Part shown: positions 19,905 to 29,334 of the stretch, one piece after another
Layout: each line of letters starts with the position of its first letter
How positions within the stretch are numbered: position 1 is the first letter of the stretch
NCBI GenBank assembly: GCA_045862955.1
Contig: BTVI01000016.1
Coordinates: 11,433 to 75,432, forward strand
Reading direction: 5' to 3'
DNA from: Fimbriimonadales bacterium
GTDB taxonomy: Bacteria; Armatimonadota; Fimbriimonadia; Fimbriimonadales; JABRVX01
Length of the DNA: 64,000 nucleotides
Position numbers and translations under genes: made by a program
The notes under the pieces: generated by a model
The model's database searches: none
What the model was told of the DNA's origin: nothing
Seen by the model: only the letters and a program-made list of their open reading frames with translations

Positions 19905-20101
19905 TAAGTCGCAGCGCCCTCACCCGAGCAACAAAGGCCTTTTCAACAACCCCCTTGGCAGGGATGAAAACAGGGCACGTGCGCTGCTTAGTATGCAGGA
20001 TTCCAGCAAGAGCCGGAATCCAGATACCCCAGCACCGGTGCAGACCCCTCGGTTCCGTTCGCCCGTTCGGTAACGGTCCGTGACGCCGCGCAGGCCAGGC
20101 C

Positions 20102-21034
20102 CTACAGCCGTCGCCTCTTTGCTTGCAGAAGGACCACCAACCCTGCAGCCAGCGTCGCCAGTGCGCTCGGCTCGGGCACCGACACGAAGGTGCCGAAGCT
20201 CCCGTCATTCGCGAACGTCCGGATGTGGTTCAACTCCGCGTCCAGCAGAACCGTGCCGCCCTCGGCCATCAGCATCACCACGCCATCATCACTGATCCGG
20301 ACGTCCGTGGACCAGCCCGACACGTTGTAGCTCGCGAGCAGCTGCATGCTGGGCGACAGCTTCATGACGCCGCCGTACAACTGCGAGACGTAGATGTTGC
20401 CGGCAGCATCTACCGCGATGCTTCGGTTCGTGTAGGTAGGGTTCGGCGGCGAAAAGGTCTGCACGCCGGAGAGTGTCCACGGGTCGAAGCTGCGGATCAC
20501 CGTTCCGCTCGGGCTGCCCGAACCCCATAAGGCATACAGGAGCCCGTCTTGTCCAGCGACGACGTCAATCGAGTTGTCAGCGGGGCCGAATCGCGTCCAC
20601 GTCCCGTCACTCAGGTCCAACCGCACGAGGCCGTTGGCCTCACCACCGCCGTATGTAGAGCAGTCGGTCGCAAACACATAGTTGCCGAACGTCGTCACCT
20701 TGCCCATCGTCACGTTGTTGACCGTGGAGAGCCCTGGCACTAGATAGTGAGTCCAGGTTCCCGTGCTCATCCTTAAATGCGAGATCGCGGCTTGGAATGT
20801 ACCGTTGTAGACCACGAGGTCGCCGCTGGATGTAACGGCTATGCCGCGAGGCTCACCGTCGCCGCCGGGTGCCTGCGGAACACCGATGGTCTGAACCAGC
20901 TGGCCTTGTCGCGTGTACTCGAATACCTGGCCGTTACCGCAGACCAGGATGTTCCCATAGGTGAACGGCTGCAGAGCCGAAACTGTGGTGAGGGCAGAAG
21001 CCGCTACGCTGCATGTGACAAGAAGGTGTCGCAT
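20102..21034 (-). CDS. PEP-CTERM sorting-domain protein with NHL/beta-propeller-like repeats
   Basis: RBS AGGAG; signal peptide; RGIAVTSSGDLVV and SIAVDAAGNIYV repeats; C-terminal VPEPS-TM-KRRR. Confidence 0.85.
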   Translation of the reverse strand: MRHLLVTCSVAASALTTVSALQPFTYGNILVCGNGQVFEYTRQGQLVQTIGVPQAPGGDGEPRGIAVTSSGDLVVYNGTFQAAISHLRMSTGTWTHYLVPGLSTVNNVTMGKVTTFGNYVFATDCSTYGGGEANGLVRLDLSDGTWTRFGPADNSIDVVAGQDGLLYALWGSGSPSGTVIRSFDPWTLSGVQTFSPPNPTYTNRSIAVDAAGNIYVSQLYGGVMKLSPSMQLLASYNVSGWSTDVRISDDGVVMLMAEGGTVLLDAELNHIRTFANDGSFGTFVSVPEPSALATLAAGLVVLLQAKRRRL

Positions 21035-21200
21035 GGCTGATACTCCTGTGGGAAAGGATGCCAGCCAGGTTCCGAGGCGCACAGCAAGACAGACCGGCAG
21101 GCGGTTACTCGCCTGCCAACGCTGTTAATCTACAGCAGGTTCGACAGAATCGCCACGAAACGGCCTCAGGAATTTGCGTACCTCTCGGCCCGGCATCGAG

Positions 21201-22382
21201 TTAGGGTACTCCCGTCTCCACCTGTGAACGGACGCGGAATCGCAGTGGCACACGCGGGAGGCGTATCTTCCGCTTCGGTCGGTCTTCCACCACGTGCTTC
21301 AGGATGCGCTCCAGCACGACCTTGACGCTTCCCGCAACCGGGTATGCGAATACTACTCCGAGGAAACCAAAGAGCACGGCACCGCAAGCAATGGCGAAGA
21401 AGCTCATGAATAGGTGCAGACCCACCGCGGAACCGGCGATTCGCGGCATGACTAGCATGCCGAACAACTGGTCGAACGCCAGATAGATTCCCAACGTGCC
21501 CACGAAATGGAGCCCAGGCCCCCCTATCGGTAGATAGGGGGACAGACCGGAGGCAGGGTTTGCCAAGAGCACGATGACGAGAAGGGAAGAGCTGAGCACC
21601 GGACCGACATAAGGTGCGGCAGAGAATGCCCCAGTGACGAATCCGAGCAGAATCGGGCTCGGGAGGCCGAGGAATGCGAAAAGACCGGCAGCGACTACGG
21701 CGTAGAGGAACGTGGACAGTAGAAGACCACGAACATAGTTGGTGAACACATCTCCGACATCGTCCAATAGCTCGAGCGAGCTATTGCGGATTGACATCGG
21801 GATCAGCCCGATTGCCCGGCGCCTCAGATTGTCGTAGTCAGTGATGACGACGAACGTAAGAATGGGGACCAACAAGAGCTGAAGGATCCAGCCCGCGACC
21901 TGAGAGATCCTGGCCAGTAGAGTGCGGCCCAGCCCGAGTACGTACTCCTCGGCACCAGCCAGCCGCGGCTTGACCACTTGTTCGAAGATACCTTGCCGGG
22001 TAGTTTCAAGACCGAAGGCCTCTAGGAGCTTGGCATTCTTCTCGAGCCACGCGTCGTCCGGTATGGCCTGGGAGACGGTGGACTGCAGTTTGGCGACGTA
22101 CTGGGGCATCTTTCGCTCCAAGTCCTGGACCTGCCTCACGGCAGGCGGACCAAGCAGGATGCCAGCCAGTGTCAAGACTAAGAACACGAGCACGTAGACG
22201 AGCGCTACGGCTCTGAGACGCGAGTACCCTGCCTCGCGTAGCCGCTTGATTGTCGGCTCCATGAGCATGGCAAGCAGCCACGCGGCGATGAATGGCGGCA
22301 GGATCGAGCGGACCTGATACAGGAACCAAAGGGCGGCCACAAGCAGGACCGCCCATATCGTTACACGCCAATAGTTCCGCAT
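21201..22382 (-). CDS. AI-2E family transporter (PerM-like)
   Basis: PFIAAWLLAMLMEP, PYVGP, PRIAGSAVGLH, GFLGVVFAYP. Confidence 0.88.
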   Translation of the reverse strand: MRNYWRVTIWAVLLVAALWFLYQVRSILPPFIAAWLLAMLMEPTIKRLREAGYSRLRAVALVYVLVFLVLTLAGILLGPPAVRQVQDLERKMPQYVAKLQSTVSQAIPDDAWLEKNAKLLEAFGLETTRQGIFEQVVKPRLAGAEEYVLGLGRTLLARISQVAGWILQLLLVPILTFVVITDYDNLRRRAIGLIPMSIRNSSLELLDDVGDVFTNYVRGLLLSTFLYAVVAAGLFAFLGLPSPILLGFVTGAFSAAPYVGPVLSSSLLVIVLLANPASGLSPYLPIGGPGLHFVGTLGIYLAFDQLFGMLVMPRIAGSAVGLHLFMSFFAIACGAVLFGFLGVVFAYPVAGSVKVVLERILKHVVEDRPKRKIRLPRVPLRFRVRSQVETGVP

Positions 22383-22397
22383 GCGCAGCAGGGAGAA

Positions 22398-22649
22398 CTA
22401 GCCGGCTTCTGCCTCCAGCTCGGCCTCTTCCTTCCCCTTACCACGCTTTGCCTTCTGCTCGGCGTACCATTCACTCAGCTTGCGCTTCATCTCGGCGAGC
22501 TGCCTCGCGACGTCTTCCCGGGTCTCTGTCCCAGGCTTCGGCGCGAACATCAGACCTGCCGCGGCGCCGATCAGCGCCCCCAAGCCGATGCCGGCCAACA
22601 TGTAGATCAGTACGTTGCGATCCTCGCCGCCGCTCTCGTCACTCATCAC
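22398..22649 (-). CDS. YtxH domain-containing protein
   Basis: GALIGAAAGLMFAPKPGTETR signature; RBS GAGGAGG. Confidence 0.88.
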   Translation of the reverse strand: MMSDESGGEDRNVLIYMLAGIGLGALIGAAAGLMFAPKPGTETREDVARQLAEMKRKLSEWYAEQKAKRGKGKEEAELEAEAG

Positions 22650-22789
22650 TCAACCTCCTCTTGCCGTTGACGCTTCCGCCGCACGGTGAGCGAAGCGTCC
22701 TCATCGCAATTGTCGGGTCATGGGGCTCAGGCACGGACTGAAGTGATCCTGCGCCGACGTCCTCCCGAGCCCTACTTCGAACGCCGCGC

Positions 22790-23890
22790 CTACTGTGTAT
22801 CGCGCGAAACGATCGTGCCTCCCGCGATTACGGTCTCGCCACGGTAGAACACCGCCGCTTGACCCGGGGTGACCGCCGATACCGGCTCCACGAAGCGAGC
22901 AGTGAGACGGCCAGCCCCATCCGGAGGCAGCAACACTGCCTCCCGGGCCGCCATATTATACCGTATCTTTGCGGATACCCTTAGCGGCTCGGTGATCCCC
23001 TCGATGGCACCCCACACAACGTCTTCCACCGTCACCTCATGCGAAAACGTGTCCCGCCTATCGCCGACGATGAGCGCGTTGCTCGCGGGGTCCAACGCTA
23101 GTACGAACAACGGCCTGCCGCCCGTTGCGATGCCGATACCCTTGCGTTGTCCGACGGTGTATTGAGCTAGCCCTCCGTGCGTGCCGAGACGATTCCCCTC
23201 GCGGTCGAGTATGGGACCCTCGCGGAACGCTTCCGGGACCCGCGCACGCAGGAACTCCCGATAGCCTCCGGCCTCGCTCACGAAGCAAATGTCCTGCGAC
23301 TCCTGCTTGCCCGCGACCGCCAGCCCGGCCGAGCGCGCGAGGTCACGTGTGGCTGTCTTGTCGCGCATCGTGCCCAGCGGAAAGCGTAGTCGGGCGAGCT
23401 GCTCTTGAGGCGCGGCATAGAGTGCGTACGACTGATCCTTCTCCGAGCACAGCGCGCGCATCAGTGCGAATCGCCCGTTCGGCTGAAGGCGCAGGCGGGC
23501 ATAGTGTCCGGTCGCCAGGTAATCGCAGCCCAGCTCGCGTGCCTTCTCCAGAAGTAGGTCGAACTTCACGTATCGGTTGCAGGCGATGCACGGGTTCGGA
23601 GTACGGCCCTGTGTGTACTCCTCGATGAAGCGCCGGATCACGTTCTCCCGAAAAGGGTCACGAAAGTTCAGCACGTAGTAGGGAATTCCCAGAGTATGCG
23701 CTACCCGCCGCGCGTCCTCTACCGCCCCGAGAGAGCAGCACCCAGCGTGACGGGAGTCCGTCTGGCTCTCCTGCCAGATCTGCATGGTGAGGCCCATGAC
23801 TCGGTGACCGCGTCGCACCAACAGTGCTGCAACCGCGGAGCTGTCCACCCCCCCACTCATGGCCACCGCGATTCTCAGCTTCTCGGCCAT
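22790..23890 (-). CDS. mnmA: tRNA-specific 2-thiouridylase
   Basis: AMSGGVDSS, TPNPCIACN, ATGHYAR, KDQSY, ESQDICF, TPGQAAVFY. Confidence 0.97.
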   Translation of the reverse strand: MAEKLRIAVAMSGGVDSSAVAALLVRRGHRVMGLTMQIWQESQTDSRHAGCCSLGAVEDARRVAHTLGIPYYVLNFRDPFRENVIRRFIEEYTQGRTPNPCIACNRYVKFDLLLEKARELGCDYLATGHYARLRLQPNGRFALMRALCSEKDQSYALYAAPQEQLARLRFPLGTMRDKTATRDLARSAGLAVAGKQESQDICFVSEAGGYREFLRARVPEAFREGPILDREGNRLGTHGGLAQYTVGQRKGIGIATGGRPLFVLALDPASNALIVGDRRDTFSHEVTVEDVVWGAIEGITEPLRVSAKIRYNMAAREAVLLPPDGAGRLTARFVEPVSAVTPGQAAVFYRGETVIAGGTIVSRDTQ

Positions 23891-23910
23891 CCGCCCCTCC
23901 GCCTCGAAAG

Positions 23911-25194
23911 CTAGGCGTGCGCCAACGCCTGCTCCAAGTCCTCCCGCAGGTCGTCTACGTTCTCTGTTCCGACGCTGAGTCGCACGAAATCATCGGTGAC
24001 GCCAGCAGCCTCGCGCTCCTCGCGACTGATCGGCGAGTGCGTGGTGCTGGCTGGATGGATGGCGAGCGACTTCGAATCGCCAAGGCTCACGGCGTGCGTG
24101 AACACGCGCAGACTGCCTAGGAAGCGGACGCCCGCGTCGAAGCCACCTTTCAGGCCGATCCCCATCATTCCGCCGTAGCCTCCCTTCAAGTACTTACGGG
24201 CGTTCTCCCTGGTCGGATGGGATGCGAGGCCGGGGTAGCGGACCCAGGCGACCTTAGGGTGACGCTCGAGCCACTCTGCCAGAACCAGGGCGTTTTCCGA
24301 CGCTCGCTGTACGCGCAGGTGCATGGTTTCGAGACCGAGGAGGAATAGCCAGGCGTTGAAGGGAGACATGCATCCGCCGACGTCTCGCAGCATATAGGTG
24401 CGCAGCCGCTTGATGTATGCCATCCGACCGTACTTCTCCACCGGTCTCGCGTTGCGCAGCGCGGGATCGGGTTCGGTGAACTCGCTGAACCGCCCGTTGT
24501 CCCACGGGAAGTCGCCCTTGTCTACGAGCACACCGCCGATCGCCACCCCGTGCCCGCCAATATACTTCGTAGCACTGTGGACCACGATGTCAGCACCGTG
24601 GTCGAAGGGACGACATAGGAACGGCGTGACCATCGTGTTGTCCACGATCAGAGGTACACCGTGCCGATGGGCAATCTCGGCGATGGCCGCGAGGTCCGGT
24701 ACGTCCACCAGCGGATTGCCGATCGTTTCGACGTAGAAGCAGCGCGTGCGGTCGTCCACCGCGCGTTCCCAGGCCTCGAGGTCCAGAGGATCCACGAAGC
24801 GCGTCTCGATACCCATCCGTGGTAGCGGGTTGTTGAACAGCGCGTGCACTCCGCCGTACAGGCTGTGCGACGACACCATGTTGTCGCCGCATCGCAGCAG
24901 CGAGCAGCATGCGTACATCACGGCCGTCTGACCGGATGCAGTGGCCACCGCGGCAATGCCTCCCTCCAGCAGCGCCATTCGCTTCTCGAAAGTCTCCACG
25001 GTTGGGTTCTGAATGCGCGTGTAGCTGAAGCCGAGCGCCTCGCCGGAGAACACGCGTCCGGCTTCTTCTGGGGTGGGGAAGGAGAAGCCGCTGGTCTGGT
25101 AAATGGGCACCGCCTTAGCATGCGTGGTTGGGTCCGGAGACCAGCCGCCGTGAATGGCGATGGTCTCCATGCGACACTGCATCGTTTCGTCCAT
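23911..25194 (-). CDS. metY: O-acetylhomoserine aminocarboxypropyltransferase / cysteine synthase family PLP enzyme
   Basis: AVPIYQT, YTRIQNPT, HSATKYIGGHG (PLP lysine), SLAIHPASTTH. Confidence 0.85.
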   Translation of the reverse strand: MDETMQCRMETIAIHGGWSPDPTTHAKAVPIYQTSGFSFPTPEEAGRVFSGEALGFSYTRIQNPTVETFEKRMALLEGGIAAVATASGQTAVMYACCSLLRCGDNMVSSHSLYGGVHALFNNPLPRMGIETRFVDPLDLEAWERAVDDRTRCFYVETIGNPLVDVPDLAAIAEIAHRHGVPLIVDNTMVTPFLCRPFDHGADIVVHSATKYIGGHGVAIGGVLVDKGDFPWDNGRFSEFTEPDPALRNARPVEKYGRMAYIKRLRTYMLRDVGGCMSPFNAWLFLLGLETMHLRVQRASENALVLAEWLERHPKVAWVRYPGLASHPTRENARKYLKGGYGGMMGIGLKGGFDAGVRFLGSLRVFTHAVSLGDSKSLAIHPASTTHSPISREEREAAGVTDDFVRLSVGTENVDDLREDLEQALAHA

Positions 25195-25209
25195 CGAATC
25201 CTCCCTGGG

Positions 25210-26373
25210 CTATTGATCCTGCGCCTTTGCAGGGCCCAGCAATCGCTTGATGTTCGGTTCTTCGAGATACCGCTGCAGACCAGCACCGGCCGATGTGCGG
25301 CTCATCGTCAGCTTCCCATCCTCACCTCTCACTACTATAAAGAAAGTGGGGGTGGTCTGGATATCCAGCTTGTCCGCGTCAACGAGGTCTCGCAGCGTTC
25401 TCTGAAAGGCACGCTCCCTAGCCGACCCCTTCTCGGTTCGATCCTGCTTCAGGAACTTCTCCAATTCGTTCGGGTCCAAACCTACCGCGCGAGCATAGGG
25501 CAGGAAGTTGCCCTGCTGCCCGAGCTCGGGCTTGGCGAAGATCGCATCGTGCATCTCCCAGAACTTGCCGTGCTCGCCCGCCCATTCCGCGATCTCCGAA
25601 AGTACCTGTGCGTTCGGATGAAGGCGGTAGAGCGAACGATGCCGATACACCTCTCGCAGCGTGTGCGGGTACTTGGCAAGCAACTCCTTCAGCAGCTTTG
25701 CGTTCCTAGTGCAAGAGGGACACTGAAAGTCGGAGAACACCACGATGGTCACCGGCGCATCGGCCGGCCCTCGGGACCAGCTATCGGGTCTGAGAATCTC
25801 CGCGCGACTGTCCACGCGCTCCACGCGCATCACCGGTCCGTTCCAGACCCCGAACCACCCATAGCCTGCCGTTGCCACGAGTCCCAGGGCGAACACGATG
25901 CCGAGGCGAGCGGGCTCGCGGGCGAGGCGTACGGGAGAGGCACCCCGGACAGTGCTGTGCCATTCGATCGTCGCGGCGATCCAGAGAAGCAGAATGAGCG
26001 CGGCGTGTGCGGCACACCACTCGCACCACACATGGAGGCTCTGGTAGCCGAGGAACAGCAACAGCGCGGACACCGCCATCGCAATGGAAGTCAGGCTCCA
26101 CAGGATCGGCGTCGTTTTCAACCAAGTCCTCTCCTCTCTGCTCGGCCGCCACCAGCAGAGCCAGATAACGAACAGGTCGAATAGCACGCCGAACGCCGCA
26201 ACCGGGATGCTCCCCACCCGCGATAGCTCGCTGGCTGCGACGCTGGCGCAGCCCTTCGCGTCCGTACAGGGCAGCTCCTTCATCAGGGCATGTGACAGCC
26301 ACAAGTTCGCTGAGATGAAGAAAGCCAGCACGGCTAGAATGAGGATGAACCGATTCGTCCAAACAACCTGCAT
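25210..26373 (-). CDS. Vitamin K epoxide reductase (VKOR) domain fused to DsbA-like thioredoxin
   Basis: Loop cysteines CTDAKGC, GSIPVAAFG, membrane WCEWC; RGPADAPVTIVVFSDFQCPSC, GKFWEMHD, TPTFF. Confidence 0.88.
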   Translation of the reverse strand: MQVVWTNRFILILAVLAFFISANLWLSHALMKELPCTDAKGCASVAASELSRVGSIPVAAFGVLFDLFVIWLCWWRPSREERTWLKTTPILWSLTSIAMAVSALLLFLGYQSLHVWCEWCAAHAALILLLWIAATIEWHSTVRGASPVRLAREPARLGIVFALGLVATAGYGWFGVWNGPVMRVERVDSRAEILRPDSWSRGPADAPVTIVVFSDFQCPSCTRNAKLLKELLAKYPHTLREVYRHRSLYRLHPNAQVLSEIAEWAGEHGKFWEMHDAIFAKPELGQQGNFLPYARAVGLDPNELEKFLKQDRTEKGSARERAFQRTLRDLVDADKLDIQTTPTFFIVVRGEDGKLTMSRTSAGAGLQRYLEEPNIKRLLGPAKAQDQ

Positions 26374-26492
26374 AGGCGAGTTACGGGGAGTATACCGCTC
26401 AGGTCCTTGCCTCGACCCCGCCCGGCCGCCGTGGCTTCGCCGTCGCCGCCATGGGCAGCCGCCGCCGGTGGCAGTGGAGCGACGGGTGTCTG

Positions 26493-26691
26493 TGCCCCGG
26501 CCCGCGTCCGCCGCATCCCACCATCCATTCGCCCATTCGCAACCCGAGGACCGCGCCGGGGCAAGGAGTACCCGCCACACCCCTGCCCGTCATGCTGAGC
26601 CTGTCGAAGCATGCTTTCCATGCCCCGGCCCGCGTCCGCCGCATTCCTCCAACCCACCGCACACCACCGACCCAAGGACCGCGCCGGGGGC
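26493..26691. repeat. Intergenic repeat island: two family-B cassettes (26493-26563, 26621-26691) flanking one family-A palindrome (26589-26613)
   Basis: TGCCCCGGCCCGCGTCCGCCGC...ACCC(A/G)AGGACCGCGCCGGGG twice; GTCATGCTGAGCCTGTCGAAGCATG between them. Confidence 0.82.
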
Positions 26692-26811
26692 CGGCGGCGG
26701 TGGAGCGAGGGGTTCGGCGCTGAGCTCGGAATGATGCCAGGACCGGCTAGGACGCCGGCATCACCCCCGCAGGTGTCACCGGCGAGCACGCCGCAGTGGC
26801 GCGGGGGCCGA

Positions 26812-27243
26812 CTAGCCGTGGCCGCTGATGGTCTTTTCTGGCCGGCCCTGTGCCTCGGCTTTCTTCTTCACACGGCGCAGCCGCAAATACCGCCTCTTGC
26901 CTGCGCGGAACGCGTCGGCCAAGCTATGAATCAGCAGGACCACCTTGTCGTACTGCATCAGCCGTAGGATGCGCTGGACCTTGCCGCCCGCCGGCGCCAC
27001 CACACGCAAGCGCACCCCCTTGGGCTCGAGCTGGGAGCGCATCTCTTCCAACCAGTCGAGACCTTCTGAGTTGAGAAGCGGGGTGTGGCTGAGGTCTAGG
27101 ATTGCGATCCGCGTATCGGGTTGAACCGCCTCTTTGATAACTTCTTTGGCGCTGGGTGCCGTTCGATCCAGACATCCGTCCACGGTGATCAGGGCGGTTC
27201 GGCCGTTCACTCGGGACGTTACGGTGCACGTCTGATGAATCAT
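26812..27243 (-). CDS. STAS-domain protein (anti-sigma factor antagonist-like) with basic C-terminal tail
   Basis: ITVDGCLD, ILDLSHTPLLNSEGL, VQRILRLM pattern; RBS GGGGGAAGG. Confidence 0.8.
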   Translation of the reverse strand: MIHQTCTVTSRVNGRTALITVDGCLDRTAPSAKEVIKEAVQPDTRIAILDLSHTPLLNSEGLDWLEEMRSQLEPKGVRLRVVAPAGGKVQRILRLMQYDKVVLLIHSLADAFRAGKRRYLRLRRVKKKAEAQGRPEKTISGHG

Positions 27244-27391
27244 CCTTCCCCCTGCTCCGACGCCGTTGTCGAAGCGTTCGTCCAATAATATAGACGGCAG
27301 AATGGTCGCTGTCCGTTCTCCCTTTCCCACATCTGCGCTCAAATCTTAAGTACTCGTTCAGCACGCCGTGGCGTTACCGCCAAGGAGTTCT

Positions 27392-27421
27392 TTGACACCG
27401 AAAACCATCGGGTGATACACT
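27392..27421 (+). promoter_or_regulatory. Sigma-70-type promoter of yebC
   Basis: TTGACA (27392-27397), 18 nt, extended -10 TG-A-TACACT (27413-27421). Confidence 0.55.
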
Positions 27422-27486
27422 CGATGCAGGCTGCAGCGGCTGAGGAGTGTTCGCGGCCTGTCCCCCGGGGAGGTTGTTTGGCAAGC

Positions 27487-28233
27487 ATGGCGGGTCATTC
27501 CAAGTGGCACAACATTCGAATACGGAAGGAGAAGCAGGACGCTCAGCGTGGCAAGATCTTCACGCGGATCGCTCGCGAGATCATCGTCGCCGCTCGCAAC
27601 GGCGGGGGCGACCCGGAGATGAACCCCTCGCTCCGTGTGGCCGTCGAGAAAGCTCGCGAAGCCAACATGCCCGCCGATACGATCAAGCGCAACATTCAGC
27701 GGGGCACCGGTGAGCTCGAGGGCGTGAGCTACGAGCAGGTTAGCTACGAAGGCTATGGCCCAGCAGGCATCGCGGTCATCGTGACCTGCCTGACCGAGAA
27801 TCGCAACCGTACTGTTGCCGACGTGAGGCACGTGTTCAGTAAGCACGGCGGCAACATGAGCGAGCCTGGCTCGGTGACTTGGCAATTTCGCAGCGTAGGG
27901 TTGATCTCCGTGGATGCCCAAGCGTTACCGGAGGACCGTATGGTCGAGCTCGCCATGGAGGCGGGAGCCGAGGACCTCTCGACCGAAGACGGCGTGTACG
28001 AGATCACCACCGCTCCGGAAGACCTGCACAAGGTCCAATGTGCCCTCGAGGCTGCAGGCGTAAAGGTTCAGGGGTCGGAGCTGACGCTCACTCCTACCAA
28101 CGTCGTCGCTGTCTCCGAAGCCGACGCGCCCGCCGTCATGCGCTTCATGGATGCGCTGGAGGACCTGGACGACGTCCAGAACGTGTATGCCAACTTCGAC
28201 ATTCCTGACGAGGTCATGGCCAAACTCGGGTAG
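27487..28233 (+). CDS. yebC: YebC/PmpR-family protein
   Basis: MAGHSKWHNI, YEGYGPAG, LEDLDDVQNVYAN. Confidence 0.96.
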   Translation: MAGHSKWHNIRIRKEKQDAQRGKIFTRIAREIIVAARNGGGDPEMNPSLRVAVEKAREANMPADTIKRNIQRGTGELEGVSYEQVSYEGYGPAGIAVIVTCLTENRNRTVADVRHVFSKHGGNMSEPGSVTWQFRSVGLISVDAQALPEDRMVELAMEAGAEDLSTEDGVYEITTAPEDLHKVQCALEAAGVKVQGSELTLTPTNVVAVSEADAPAVMRFMDALEDLDDVQNVYANFDIPDEVMAKLG

Positions 28234-28239
28234 GGCCCC

Positions 28240-29328
28240 ATGAGAGCTCTGCTCCCCCGCATTCCGTACCTATCCACCGCGTTGGCCGCGCTGCTCGTAG
28301 TCTTCTTCTTTCTGAGCCGCTCAGCCGATCCACTCGACCTCGCAGAACGCTACGGCTTCTCGCTGTCATCGCCAAAGCTCCTCACGGCGCTCACTTATTT
28401 GTTCGTGCACGGTGGGGTCGGGCACTTGCTGCTCAACCTAGTGCTTCTGGCGGCATTCGGGACGTACGCCGAGATCTACGGGCGACGGGCAATCTGGCCT
28501 GCCGTCACGATATTCGGTGCAACGGTGGCAGCGTACGGGGAGCTACTGATGGCGGTGGTCACCGGTGCACCGCGCACGGGGGTGATGGTGGGTGCCTCGG
28601 GTGCCATATCCGCTCTGGCCGGCTGGTCGTTCATCCTGGGAGTGAGGGAGCGCGAACCAGATCTGATGACGAGGCTCGTGCGCTCGGCGGCAGTCGGTTG
28701 GCTGGTGTTGCAAATTGTGGCCATCCTGCTGGCGACTCGGCAGGAAGGGCCCTCGGTGACTGCCTACTGGGCACACTTGTGGGGGTTCGTCGTCGGCGGG
28801 GCGGTCGGAGCGATAGTCGGACCGTCATCTAGCAGTGTTCTGCACCGTGCCTCGGCGCTGATCCGTGGCCAGCGGCCCGCAGATGCCTTGGCCCTGTTAT
28901 CCGAGCGGATGAAGGGTCCTGCGGAGAAAGAGCGACTCCGACTGACCGTCGAAGCGTGGAACGCGCTGGGTGACAGGGAACAGGCTGCCGCATCGCTGGC
29001 TGTCCTGGTTCAAACCTACCCGACACCCGAGAGCATACGAGCTCTCGTCGAGGCCGGAGGAGTCGGTACTTTGCAGCCGGCTCAGCGACTGCATCTGGCC
29101 GCCCAGGCAGGCCTATCGTTGCAGACGCGCAAAGCTCTTCTCGCTAGCTTCGTGGGAGAAGCCAGAGAGGTGCAAGGCAGGGCCTCAGCGATGCTACAGC
29201 TTGCCGACCTGCTCCGAGCCTCCGATTGCGATGGCGCACGGGCTCTGCTCCAGCGAGTAGTAGAGGAGTATGCGGGGACGGAAACGGCCGACCTCGCGGC
29301 CGGCCGCCTACGTGCTTTCTCTACCTAA
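28240..29328 (+). CDS. Rhomboid intramembrane serine protease with helical (TPR-like) C-terminal extension
   Basis: FVHGGVGHLLLN, GASG catalytic Ser, AHLWG catalytic His. Confidence 0.85.
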   Translation: MRALLPRIPYLSTALAALLVVFFFLSRSADPLDLAERYGFSLSSPKLLTALTYLFVHGGVGHLLLNLVLLAAFGTYAEIYGRRAIWPAVTIFGATVAAYGELLMAVVTGAPRTGVMVGASGAISALAGWSFILGVREREPDLMTRLVRSAAVGWLVLQIVAILLATRQEGPSVTAYWAHLWGFVVGGAVGAIVGPSSSSVLHRASALIRGQRPADALALLSERMKGPAEKERLRLTVEAWNALGDREQAAASLAVLVQTYPTPESIRALVEAGGVGTLQPAQRLHLAAQAGLSLQTRKALLASFVGEAREVQGRASAMLQLADLLRASDCDGARALLQRVVEEYAGTETADLAAGRLRAFST

Positions 29329-29334
29329 GAAGAA

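Noticed and set aside
24844..26184. 446-aa plus-strand ORF
   Set aside because: Antisense shadow of metY and the VKOR-DsbA gene; no recognisable motifs; expected in GC-rich DNA.
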